64,000 nucleotides of DNA from an uncultured virus (IMG/VR IMGVR_UViG_3300003178_000005) (Duplodnaviria; Heunggongvirae; Uroviricota; Caudoviricetes). This document shows positions 9,866 through 19,070 of this stretch, piece by piece. The stretch is taken from IMG/VR virus record IMGVR_UViG_3300003178_000005; one strand, 5' to 3'. Under the pieces are notes generated by a model. That model worked only from the letters and a program-made list of their open reading frames with translations. It searched no databases and was not told the DNA's origin. Numbering within the stretch: position 1 is the first letter of the stretch; every line of letters begins with the position of its first letter. The position numbers and the translations under genes were made by a program.

Positions 9866-11291
9866 TTATTGCTCCTTTTCTGGTGGCGTAAAATCAACTA
9901 CCACTTCTACAACTTTTCCAGCAACAGCATCCTGGTGTTCTTCCCAGTCTCCAAAGATAAACTCCATATCATCTTCGGTTTCTTTCTCTGACTCTTTCTT
10001 TTTAGGCTTGCTTCCCTCTTTTACATCTTCTTTTATCTTTCTTGTTTTTTCTTCTGTTTGAGAAATTACATCGTTATTAAAATCCTTTTCGTATTCCGGC
10101 ATTTTTGATGGACTATTTCCAACCAATCCGCCAGTTGAGTAATCATCTGTGTACACTCCAGCTATTGTCAGTACGGTAGAGGCACTACTCCTTGATATGT
10201 TGTGTACTATATCGGACACAAAGCACAGTTGCCCATCTATAATATACCATGTGTAGCTTTTTGTTATATGAGGAGAAAATACAAGAACGCAATATCCTGT
10301 TACCTGAGAATATAATGCGGACTTCCTAGCGTGCGCACCAAAAAAACTCGCTACACTTGCAGCTACATCTACATCTGTCTGCTTTGCTATCCCCCCTTCG
10401 TATTTGTCTATACCGAAGTCTTTAACCGCAAGAACACTGGTTCTTACTTCTGGGAACAAGAATGATGGAATGTCATATGTTGATACCTTCAGGTTTTTCC
10501 CGCCAAGTGACTTTCCTATTATCCCGGCGGCAAGTGTTCTTCCTGCAAAATCACTCATTGTTGCCATTGCACCAAGCGAAGATTGCCTAACCATTGACGG
10601 AATAACAACATCTGGAGCGTTGTATGGGTCAGAGTTTAATTGCATATCAACTATTTCTGTTTTTGATATAACTCCTCCATCTGGAGTTGGATTGTCTACA
10701 GATAACCTTGGTGGCTCAAGAGACCAGAGCCCCTCTTTCACCCAATATAATTCAAGTCCAAGTGGGGAAATAAACCTATTGAATACGTCTCCTACGGTTA
10801 TCATTTCAAACCCCTCAAAGACGCTCTCGGCATATGCCCATGTTTTTTTTGCTATATATTCTGATTTACCAGAAAGAGCTTTAACCACCGGAGAATTTTG
10901 GACCTTACTGTAGTCTATTGTTATATTGGATGGAGGCCTAATTAGTCCCTCTATGAAGGCCTGGAGATTTCCTTGCCTAAGAAAACTAAAAAGAACAGCC
11001 CTTGTACTTTTGAAATAAGTCGTAGATTGGGTCAACTATTACTACAGACGAGCCTTTAAACAGCCTGGACTCCTTTTTCCCATCCATAAGCACAACACCT
11101 TTTGATGCGCCAAATTCTGCAGTTGTATCACCGTTCGATACTGTTATTTTTCTCTTTGCCCTTATCGATGCTATTACCTTCTCAGGCCCGGACACAGTAA
11201 GGTTAAATCCTGTTGCTAGGCTTCCTAGATTTGTGCTTCTGTATGATACGGAAAAAGCTCCCTCAGCTGTAATTTGCTTATCTGCTCCCAT
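9866..11291 (-). pseudogene. Putative baseplate hub protein, split at ~10990
   Basis: MGADKQ...KGCSF* overlaps a frame continuing LFSFLRQG. C-terminal VSDIVHNISR is hub-like. Confidence 0.5.
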
Positions 11292-11557
11292 TATTTCCCG
11301 CACCTAATTGTGGTTATCTTATATGGCGTTCCGCTGTAAGCCGTCTCGGTTGTCCCTATCTTTACATTGTTGCTGCATGCCCCAAACATTCTACTGCATC
11401 CAGACGCACCATCCCCAGTTATATTTACAATTGCTCTCGATACACCAGGTCCTTGCTTGTGCATTCTAACAGGCCCCTCTATTGGCCTTTCAATTATTAT
11501 ATCCCACGTTTCAGTACACTCTTTTTTTATCACTGTTCCGTCGCAATTTGATGCCAT
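11291..11557 (-). CDS. Small Cys-containing tail protein
   Basis: 88 aa, GGAG RBS, resembles the upstream ORF. Confidence 0.7.
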   Translation of the reverse strand: MASNCDGTVIKKECTETWDIIIERPIEGPVRMHKQGPGVSRAIVNITGDGASGCSRMFGACSNNVKIGTTETAYSGTPYKITTIRCGK

Positions 11558-11567
11558 ATTATACTCC

Positions 11568-11882
11568 TTACATTGGTCCAGTTATTGTTATTATTTCTTG
11601 CTCATATGGAACCCCATTTTGGCCACCATCATATGCAATAGTCTTTTGTATAATTATACCATTGCCAGATGCCCCAGCACTATATTGCGTACAAGTCTGT
11701 CCAGCCTTTGTTCCGGAACTGCTTCCTCCGCCTTTGCATGAAACATTTTTAGCGGTAGCTATTGTCCTTGTCCATACCCCAGGCTTGATTGTATCCTCCA
11801 ATATTTCAGCCTTTCCGTCAACAGGAGAAACTCTTATATAGTCATTGTCTGCAGAACAACTGCTATTTAGTGTAACATCCAT
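11568..11882 (-). CDS. Small Cys-containing tail protein
   Basis: 104 aa, directly after tape measure. Confidence 0.7.
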   Translation of the reverse strand: MDVTLNSSCSADNDYIRVSPVDGKAEILEDTIKPGVWTRTIATAKNVSCKGGGSSSGTKAGQTCTQYSAGASGNGIIIQKTIAYDGGQNGVPYEQEIITITGPM

Positions 11883-11884
11883 TG

Positions 11885-14800
11885 TTAATTCGCCTTTTCA
11901 TTTAGTTCTTCTAGGTTCTTTCGTATCTCTGGGAGATGCTCTTTTTCCAGGTCGTACAACTTTGCCGTAACATCTCTTGCGGACGCATTGTTCTCTATCA
12001 TTTTTTGACCGCTATCAAGCTTTTCAAATACGCTAGACTTTGAAATGCTTGACATAACCTCGTCAAGTGACATGTCCTTCAGTTTTTCACTTCCGCTCTT
12101 ATTTCTGAATTCAAGGAACTCTTTTGACCTTTTTGTTGGGTCTGATTCTGACACTATACCAATAAGCTTTGCTGCGTCTTTTTCGCTTAATCCAGTTACT
12201 CTAGATACGCTCTCGACAATTCTTTTGCCAGTTTCCATGCTTTTGCCTATTCCATGGCTAAGCAATTTTTTTCTTTGCTCCTCGTCTTCAACATTGGCAA
12301 TCATATTGACATCTTGACTTAACTTCGTAAAGTTTTTGGCTGACATTTTCTTCGATGCTTGGCTCATAAGCTCGTTTATCTTATCCTTATCGCCTTTTGC
12401 TATAGCCGATACAAGCTCACCCTGTATTCTATCTGTGTCTTCTATTGACATATTTGATGATGAAAGTGTTTTAAATATCCCCTCTGATGCCTGTATTTTT
12501 TCATCAGAATATATTCTTTTCCCTTCCTTGTCTTTAGCTTCTTTTAGTTCTTTTGTTGACACCATTGATGAATTAATCATTTTGCCGAGAGCTCTCTTTT
12601 GCACACCATCATTCATGGAAGTGTACACGTCCATAAGTGTCTCCCTTGAAGCCATCAACATATCGCCCATCTCAGGATTATCTGATAGCACTTTTGCCCT
12701 CAATTCCTCCGCTGTAGCCCCCTCTCCTAGTTCACGACCAGCCTTAGACAGCGCCAATAGAACCTCTTTGCCCTTATTCTCCTGAATTCTTGCCATCTCT
12801 TTTGATATGTCTTTATCGGACATTCCGGCAACACTTTTTTTGATTTTCTTTAGAGCTCCAGTATCTTTTATTTTCTCCTTAAACTCTCTATACTCTCCGA
12901 TTGTAAAAGTCTCTTCATCACTAAAGACCCCAGCCTCTTTCTCTTGTCTCAATATCTCTTTTACTTCTTTATCTGATGCGCCAGATTCGTACAAGGCAGC
13001 CATTTTCAGTCTTGCGCCGTATGTCTTGTCTTTAAAAATTGAGCCTGTTTCGTCTGCAAGTTTAAGAGTAGTTAATCTATCCTTGCCCTTCATGCCTCTC
13101 ATTGCATCAGATGCAACATCATAGTTGACCTTGCTCTTATAGATGGCCCTATTAGACACGGATGACTTATAGTAGTCATCGTCTGACTCTGACCAGAACG
13201 GATTTCTTCCGGTAACAGCATTGTACGCAATCCCTATCGGGTTGAAATTTGTAACTGCCCAGGTGACACCAGATACAACATCCTCAAGCGCATCTGCAGC
13301 TGTATCCCAAAAGCCCTCTTGCTTGCTCCTGTACTTGGCAGAGTGAGTCAGTGGGTTCATTGTTGCTGCGTCTACCCAAAAGTCCATGCTTAGCATGGAG
13401 AACGGCGACTTGTCTGTAGTCTTCCCTTTTATCTGGTCCAAGCTTCGTATCTTTCTATCGCTGGACAAGTCAACACCAAGGCTTCCGCTAAGGGACTTAA
13501 TCTTCTTATCGTAATTGTTCCAAGGCTCTTTTTTGTAAAAATCATCCTTTGACATTGCGTCAAAGTCTATCTGCATCCCTCCATCTTCGTCTGTATATGC
13601 GGCCCTCCCAAACGAAGTCAAAGATGACACTAGACTTGCTGCAACCTTTAGTTTTTTCTGCTGCGTCATCTTGTAGCCTTCGTAATGAAGTATTCCTCTC
13701 TTTCCGCCCATATCCCCAACTGCGTAGTTTCCATATACGTCTCTGGCTTCGTCCTGTATTTTCCCAGCTGCGTCATATCCGCCAAAAAACTCACGCAGAT
13801 TTTGCCTTATGCCCTTTAGTCCGAGTTTCAGCTGTCCATATGCGCTTTCTTCTTCTTCTACATCACTGGTCTGAGAAGCAACAATGGAGCGTTTTTCCAT
13901 TCGTTTCCCGACTTCTCTTACTTTTTTTGCATAATCAGGACCATACTTTATTGACATTTCTACTTTTGCACGAAGAACCTCTATTGCTCTGTCGCTAAGA
14001 TGCTCTGTATCCCATATGCGCATAAAATTTTTTGTTGTTAATTTGTCTCCACTATTCTTTAACATTTCTTTATATCTATTAAAGTTCATCTCAAAGTTAT
14101 CTTCAATCTCTAAATTAGATATGTCACCAAAAGTATGAATTATTGCTGAGCGATAATTTTTGTCTGTCAAACCTTTCGCATAATCAGGCCTTCCTTGTGC
14201 ATATCCATAAACTCGTCTAGTTTTTTCTTCAATTGATAGGCCCTTCATCTCGTCAATAACCTCTTGTATTGACCTTCCCTCCTCTTTTGCCTTATATCCA
14301 GCATAATAAACCAACTTGTCGTCTGTTACACCATTTATTGATTCGCTTACTTTATGTGAGTGGACATAGAGTTCTCTTTCTGCGGATGCCAGCATTTTTG
14401 TGTTGTTCATTGCAGGAGACATTAGTCCTGTCTGCTGCAAAGCCATAACATTTGCATTAAAGTTATCCATTGCTGCCTGTTGGGACATGCCTGCAAATCT
14501 TCCAGATGTTGTTATTGCGGCTGCAGCTCCAACCATAGATGTTGTGCTGAACCCCATCTGCCTCATTTTTCCTATTTGAGCAATAGTTTCTTTCATGTCT
14601 GTTGAGTTTATTACGTCGGCGAATACCTTTAGGGTGTCTTTTAGCTGCTTTATTTTCCCGGTTATTTCGCTTGCACTTCCGACATTGGCAAGCATTCCTA
14701 CGTTCTTAAATTCTTGCGCAATAGTCGTTAATTCATCAGCGTTTATCAATAGGTCTTTTGACGCAAGCTTGTCAAGCTTCTTCGTTATTGAAGAGGCTTC

Positions 14801-15364
14801 ACTTCCAGTAAGACCAACAGAGCCATCTGACCTAACCATATTGCTAAAAAGAGCGCCTACATGCTGTGTTCGCTTATAATTGCCTCTGTATAGTTCAGCG
14901 CCGTAGTCTGCAGCTGCAGCAATTGCCAGCGGAGCACCTATTGTAAGAGCAAGTGGTGCACCAAGGGCCGCAAGGCCAGCTCCTACAGCAGCTCCGCCAA
15001 CTATTCCTGCAGCGTCAAACCCGATTGTTGCCTGGGCCAAACTCTTATATTCCCTTTGGGCCATTCTGACATTTAGCGGGTTTACACCTATTGGCCTAGG
15101 AACACCAAGTATATCGTGCTTTAGGTAATCTGTGAAGCCATACGAGTGTGTAGCCATTTGAGGAGATTGGTACCCATATCCAACGGGCTCTATACTGTAT
15201 GGATTGAAGTATTGCTGAGCAACAGAGCCAAACATATTGCTAACACCTGGAGTCATGGTGCTATTTAAGCTGCCCTGTCCAAGCATATACATTCCGCCAA
15301 CATTGGTAAATGGATTTGCGACAGGGTTGTAGTAACCAAAACTTCCAGTACTGTGATTAACCAT
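11885..15364 (-). CDS. Tail tape measure protein
   Basis: 1159 aa, helical, Gly/Ala-rich hydrophobic stretch, follows chaperone pair. Confidence 0.8.
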   Translation of the reverse strand: MVNHSTGSFGYYNPVANPFTNVGGMYMLGQGSLNSTMTPGVSNMFGSVAQQYFNPYSIEPVGYGYQSPQMATHSYGFTDYLKHDILGVPRPIGVNPLNVRMAQREYKSLAQATIGFDAAGIVGGAAVGAGLAALGAPLALTIGAPLAIAAAADYGAELYRGNYKRTQHVGALFSNMVRSDGSVGLTGSEASSITKKLDKLASKDLLINADELTTIAQEFKNVGMLANVGSASEITGKIKQLKDTLKVFADVINSTDMKETIAQIGKMRQMGFSTTSMVGAAAAITTSGRFAGMSQQAAMDNFNANVMALQQTGLMSPAMNNTKMLASAERELYVHSHKVSESINGVTDDKLVYYAGYKAKEEGRSIQEVIDEMKGLSIEEKTRRVYGYAQGRPDYAKGLTDKNYRSAIIHTFGDISNLEIEDNFEMNFNRYKEMLKNSGDKLTTKNFMRIWDTEHLSDRAIEVLRAKVEMSIKYGPDYAKKVREVGKRMEKRSIVASQTSDVEEEESAYGQLKLGLKGIRQNLREFFGGYDAAGKIQDEARDVYGNYAVGDMGGKRGILHYEGYKMTQQKKLKVAASLVSSLTSFGRAAYTDEDGGMQIDFDAMSKDDFYKKEPWNNYDKKIKSLSGSLGVDLSSDRKIRSLDQIKGKTTDKSPFSMLSMDFWVDAATMNPLTHSAKYRSKQEGFWDTAADALEDVVSGVTWAVTNFNPIGIAYNAVTGRNPFWSESDDDYYKSSVSNRAIYKSKVNYDVASDAMRGMKGKDRLTTLKLADETGSIFKDKTYGARLKMAALYESGASDKEVKEILRQEKEAGVFSDEETFTIGEYREFKEKIKDTGALKKIKKSVAGMSDKDISKEMARIQENKGKEVLLALSKAGRELGEGATAEELRAKVLSDNPEMGDMLMASRETLMDVYTSMNDGVQKRALGKMINSSMVSTKELKEAKDKEGKRIYSDEKIQASEGIFKTLSSSNMSIEDTDRIQGELVSAIAKGDKDKINELMSQASKKMSAKNFTKLSQDVNMIANVEDEEQRKKLLSHGIGKSMETGKRIVESVSRVTGLSEKDAAKLIGIVSESDPTKRSKEFLEFRNKSGSEKLKDMSLDEVMSSISKSSVFEKLDSGQKMIENNASARDVTAKLYDLEKEHLPEIRKNLEELNEKAN

Positions 15365-15378
15365 ATGTGTTCCGCCTT

Positions 15379-15696
15379 TTATAGAGCTCCTAGCAGGTCA
15401 TCAAGCTCGCTTGTGTCCACTTTCTTCTCATTTTTATCTTTAAATAATAATCTAATTTTATCATAATCATCGACAAAATCTGAAACAGTTTCCTGAAAGT
15501 ATCCAGAGTCATACGGCCCACCAGCTATAACTGTTGCCATGAAGTGCATTCTATCTCTGTAGTCGCTTACTGTATTGTCATAAATCATTGTAAGTTGTAT
15601 AAAATGCCATAGCAATGTATCGTGCGACGGTATGTAGTCAAGCCTATCTCTAACGAACGAGACCCTCATAATAAGAGAGTCTCTACTTAGAAAAAA
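15379..15696 (-). CDS. Tail assembly chaperone gpGT-like extension (-1 frame)
   Basis: Open -1 frame from slippery T TTT TTC (15690-15696) through to 15379. Confidence 0.7.
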   Translation of the reverse strand, partial: FFLSRDSLIMRVSFVRDRLDYIPSHDTLLWHFIQLTMIYDNTVSDYRDRMHFMATVIAGGPYDSGYFQETVSDFVDDYDKIRLLFKDKNEKKVDTSELDDLLGAL

Positions 15697-16274
15697 TCAG
15701 CAACTTCCTCGCTGCCAAGAAGTTCTATTTTTGCATGAAACTTTGTAGCTTCAATCAAAAGTGCTTTGTAGATTGGTGTCGGAAGATTGTCCTCAATCCA
15801 TTTTGCTCGCTCGTGTATGTCCATATCCTCAAGGCTAGTGTCCCTGTATTTTCTTAATATTGACGCAAGAGAATAAAGGTTCAAAAAATATTCAGCCTTT
15901 GATTGCGTATTTATATCAAGCTCATCAAACATTTCAACAAATCTTCTTGTGTCAGATATTTTAGCCGTGCGGAATAATGCCTTAAATTTTCCTGAAAATA
16001 TAGATACAGAATCCTCGACATATCCATTGTCAGACAGCTGCATTATGTAGTCAATGGCTTGGTCTTTTGTCATACCAAGTCTTTCCATTTTCTCCTCAAT
16101 GCTTGACTCTTCTTGCTGTGTTTCTAGTTCTTTTGCAAGTTCGTCAAGGCTTGGCTCATTGGTATTATCTTCGCTATCAGTTGGCTTTCCTGAAAAAACA
16201 CTACTATCAATCTTCATTCCTTCTCCAGCTGAGCTGCTAAGACTGTTCAGTGCCTCCATATCTTTACTCTCCAT
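15687..16274 (-). CDS. Tail assembly chaperone gpG-like
   Basis: 195-aa acidic protein ending ADFF*, upstream of tape measure. Confidence 0.7.
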   Translation of the reverse strand: MESKDMEALNSLSSSAGEGMKIDSSVFSGKPTDSEDNTNEPSLDELAKELETQQEESSIEEKMERLGMTKDQAIDYIMQLSDNGYVEDSVSIFSGKFKALFRTAKISDTRRFVEMFDELDINTQSKAEYFLNLYSLASILRKYRDTSLEDMDIHERAKWIEDNLPTPIYKALLIEATKFHAKIELLGSEEVADFF

Positions 16275-16758
16275 CTTGAATCCTTCTCTTTATTTTTTGT
16301 AGTAGAAATAGAGACACAACATTGTAAACTATGTTTACAATATTTGCATCATCTTCATCCTCTATCTCATCAACTACTATTCTGTTATTATACAATACAA
16401 TTTTTGTTTTATTGCTAAAATCCATTTCAACAACAGGCTCATTTAGTAGTGATGACACAACGTCTCCGGCTACTGTTTGGGTTTTTACGTCAGCTTCAGA
16501 CGAATCTGAATAAGAAGGTACTATAAATCTATACTCGCCATCAACCTTTATGTATGGCATATTTAATAGCTTTGAGCCTACCGAGTTCCATACAGATGGA
16601 AGGTTTAGCACAGTCTCCACGTCGTTATTTTTTAGCTCTTCGTATATCTCATTGACTGAGTCAAAATCCATCCAGTAATAACCGTCAGAAAAAGCCTCGT
16701 AATCTGAGTATTTCGAGAAGTCTATAACCCTTTTTGAGGAAATATCATCAAGATTCAT
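16264..16758 (-). CDS. Hypothetical protein
   Basis: Start MNLDDIS after GGAGG RBS. Confidence 0.7.
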   Translation of the reverse strand: MNLDDISSKRVIDFSKYSDYEAFSDGYYWMDFDSVNEIYEELKNNDVETVLNLPSVWNSVGSKLLNMPYIKVDGEYRFIVPSYSDSSEADVKTQTVAGDVVSSLLNEPVVEMDFSNKTKIVLYNNRIVVDEIEDEDDANIVNIVYNVVSLFLLQKIKRRIQDGE

Positions 16759-18758
16759 TATTGACCTCCGCCACATATATCACAGCCAAGCCCAAATATT
16801 GACGCAGTTTCTGCTCCATAAGCTGCTGTTTTCTGAGCAACAGCAGATAGGTTTGTCCCACCGAAGACAGTAACGTTCTCTCCAATCAGGGCGGAGCCAC
16901 TAGGGGATAGCTGTAGTGTTGGAGCCATAGTTGAACCCTTTCCGTCTTTCTTTTTTTCCGTCTTTGTTCCGCTCATTGATAGGCCATCGGCAAAGCTAAA
17001 CATCATATATTCGTCAGCATTTGCTATGAAATTATTTGACGACACCACAAAGGTCTCCTTTGCTGACATTACTATATTTTTTGCCTCAACGAAAAGTGTT
17101 TCATCAACAAAAAGCCCCTTGCTTATCGACACCATTCCAAGTATAGATAGCATATCCACATCCATTAACGCATTTTTTGTCTTAAATAACATGTTTGTTT
17201 TTGACTGCAGGTTTATCGACTGGTCTGTTGCAATAATTTTTGTTTTATAGTCTTTCTTTGAGAACACCATGCTAAATGGAGTCCTTTTTGCGTCCATGGT
17301 TAGCACCGTATTTCCGCCATCTTCGTCAAGAATTGTTTTCGTATCTATGATATTCTTTTCTTTGCTATACAGCTTACTTTTTTTGAACTCAACTCTTCTT
17401 ATCTGTCTATCCTCCATAGCCCTAGGTGAGTTTACCATCTCCCAAGTCTCTATGTCTGATTTGTCATCAACATCGTACTCATAGTATGTAAATATATAAT
17501 TTGTCATATTGTATCTAAAGAATTTTCCACGATAGTCACCCTTGAATCTCTCTATCATGTTCCCAAAATACTCATACTCGTGTGACGACTCTTCATTTAT
17601 TGGATAGTGAAGCTCTTTTACATTTTTCTGAACATAGTCTTTCTTGTCTGCTAGGTGATATGTAGAGTCGCCTTCCCCCGCCCTTAGGGAATAGTAATCC
17701 CCACGTATTGTTTGTATTCTGTCACCTGCGAAATGCTCAAAAACATTTCCTTTTACATCTATAGCTTTTAGATATGTAACGTTATATTTATCCCCATCAA
17801 TTTCTGCCTCTATAGACTTTTTCTTCATAAAGCCATCTGAAATCTGTGCTTTTGACTTAAGTTTTGTGTGAACAAGCATTTTGGAGCCAGTTCCGCCATT
17901 TACTGTGAGCTTTCTATTTTGGTATGTATGTGTTACTTCTTCGGCTTTTTCTTCATACTCGTTGTCGTCATTTGTGTCTATTATGAAAAATAAGTACACT
18001 GCATTGTTTATTGTTTCTATGGCTTTCTGTGGTGTAACGTCACTAAAAGACACTTTGTCATGAGACATTGCCTTCTTTACATTTCCTTTATATTCTCTGA
18101 TAAAATGGAAATATTCTTCATCCTTGACCTCATATACGTTTTCAAGTATGTACCCAGACTCCCTTATTTTGTCATCGAAAAAATACTTCTTCGTGCCAGC
18201 TTTTGATAATATGTTTGTGCTTATTCCTATAATCTCCACAACATGCTTCATTAGCTCTATTCTGGCTTGCGTGTGGTAAAAAAGAACTGTTTTTTCGTAG
18301 CCAAGCTTCAAGCCGGAAAAGTCAAGATGAAATATCCGTTCGCCTTCTTTGTGTTTTACTATTACTGGCATATGGGCTTTTTTGTCGCCAATTTCCTCAG
18401 ACCAAGGTGGTGTTTGGTCTAGACCCCGAATCATCTTTTTCTTTTCTTCTTGTTTTGAGTCGAAGTCAAGCACAACCGCTTTGGATGGAGTTATTGGTAT
18501 CCGAAGCTTGTCTACTATTTTTGCAGTATTTCCAGACAATGAAATTATAACTGTTGTGCCCATACGTATCCCGGATTCGGGAGTGTATGGAAACACTCTT
18601 GTACCCAAGTCTGCAGACTCTATTTTAGCCATATAGAATTCAGGGTACACCTGTGAACATGTAGCAAGAACATTAGATACTCTGTCGTTTCTTAGCGAAG
18701 AACCACCAAGCAAATCCTGCTTTGATTTCTTCGCTTCGTCCTGCTTCTTTTTAAACAC
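16758..18758 (-). CDS. Putative baseplate central spike (gp5/VgrG-like)
   Basis: 666 aa, OB-fold-like N-terminus and beta-strand-repeat C-terminus. Confidence 0.5.
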   Translation of the reverse strand: MFKKKQDEAKKSKQDLLGGSSLRNDRVSNVLATCSQVYPEFYMAKIESADLGTRVFPYTPESGIRMGTTVIISLSGNTAKIVDKLRIPITPSKAVVLDFDSKQEEKKKMIRGLDQTPPWSEEIGDKKAHMPVIVKHKEGERIFHLDFSGLKLGYEKTVLFYHTQARIELMKHVVEIIGISTNILSKAGTKKYFFDDKIRESGYILENVYEVKDEEYFHFIREYKGNVKKAMSHDKVSFSDVTPQKAIETINNAVYLFFIIDTNDDNEYEEKAEEVTHTYQNRKLTVNGGTGSKMLVHTKLKSKAQISDGFMKKKSIEAEIDGDKYNVTYLKAIDVKGNVFEHFAGDRIQTIRGDYYSLRAGEGDSTYHLADKKDYVQKNVKELHYPINEESSHEYEYFGNMIERFKGDYRGKFFRYNMTNYIFTYYEYDVDDKSDIETWEMVNSPRAMEDRQIRRVEFKKSKLYSKEKNIIDTKTILDEDGGNTVLTMDAKRTPFSMVFSKKDYKTKIIATDQSINLQSKTNMLFKTKNALMDVDMLSILGMVSISKGLFVDETLFVEAKNIVMSAKETFVVSSNNFIANADEYMMFSFADGLSMSGTKTEKKKDGKGSTMAPTLQLSPSGSALIGENVTVFGGTNLSAVAQKTAAYGAETASIFGLGCDICGGGQ

Positions 18759-19051
18759 TATCGATAGATACCAATCGCTGTCAATGTGTCAACATAGTAC
18801 GCTGTACCAGATTGAGCGGTAAGGCTGTATTTCAGTACAGGGTCGGCAATCGTTACTCCACCGAATGAGGCGGATTGACCCGAACTTCCAATTCTATTGG
18901 TAAATACAGCGCTTGAAACTTGAATTTGAGCAAGTGCTTCGAGTTCGATAACACATGCTATTGTTTTCTCTCCCGCCTGATAAAGAGGGATAGGGTCGTT
19001 ACCATAAGTGGCGCTTCCGCTTATTAGTACTGCTTTGTTACATCTAGCCAT
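18758..19051 (-). CDS. Hypothetical tail protein
   Basis: 97 aa after sheath, AAGG RBS. Confidence 0.65.
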   Translation of the reverse strand: MARCNKAVLISGSATYGNDPIPLYQAGEKTIACVIELEALAQIQVSSAVFTNRIGSSGQSASFGGVTIADPVLKYSLTAQSGTAYYVDTLTAIGIYR

Positions 19052-19070
19052 AATAAACTACCTTTCTAAA

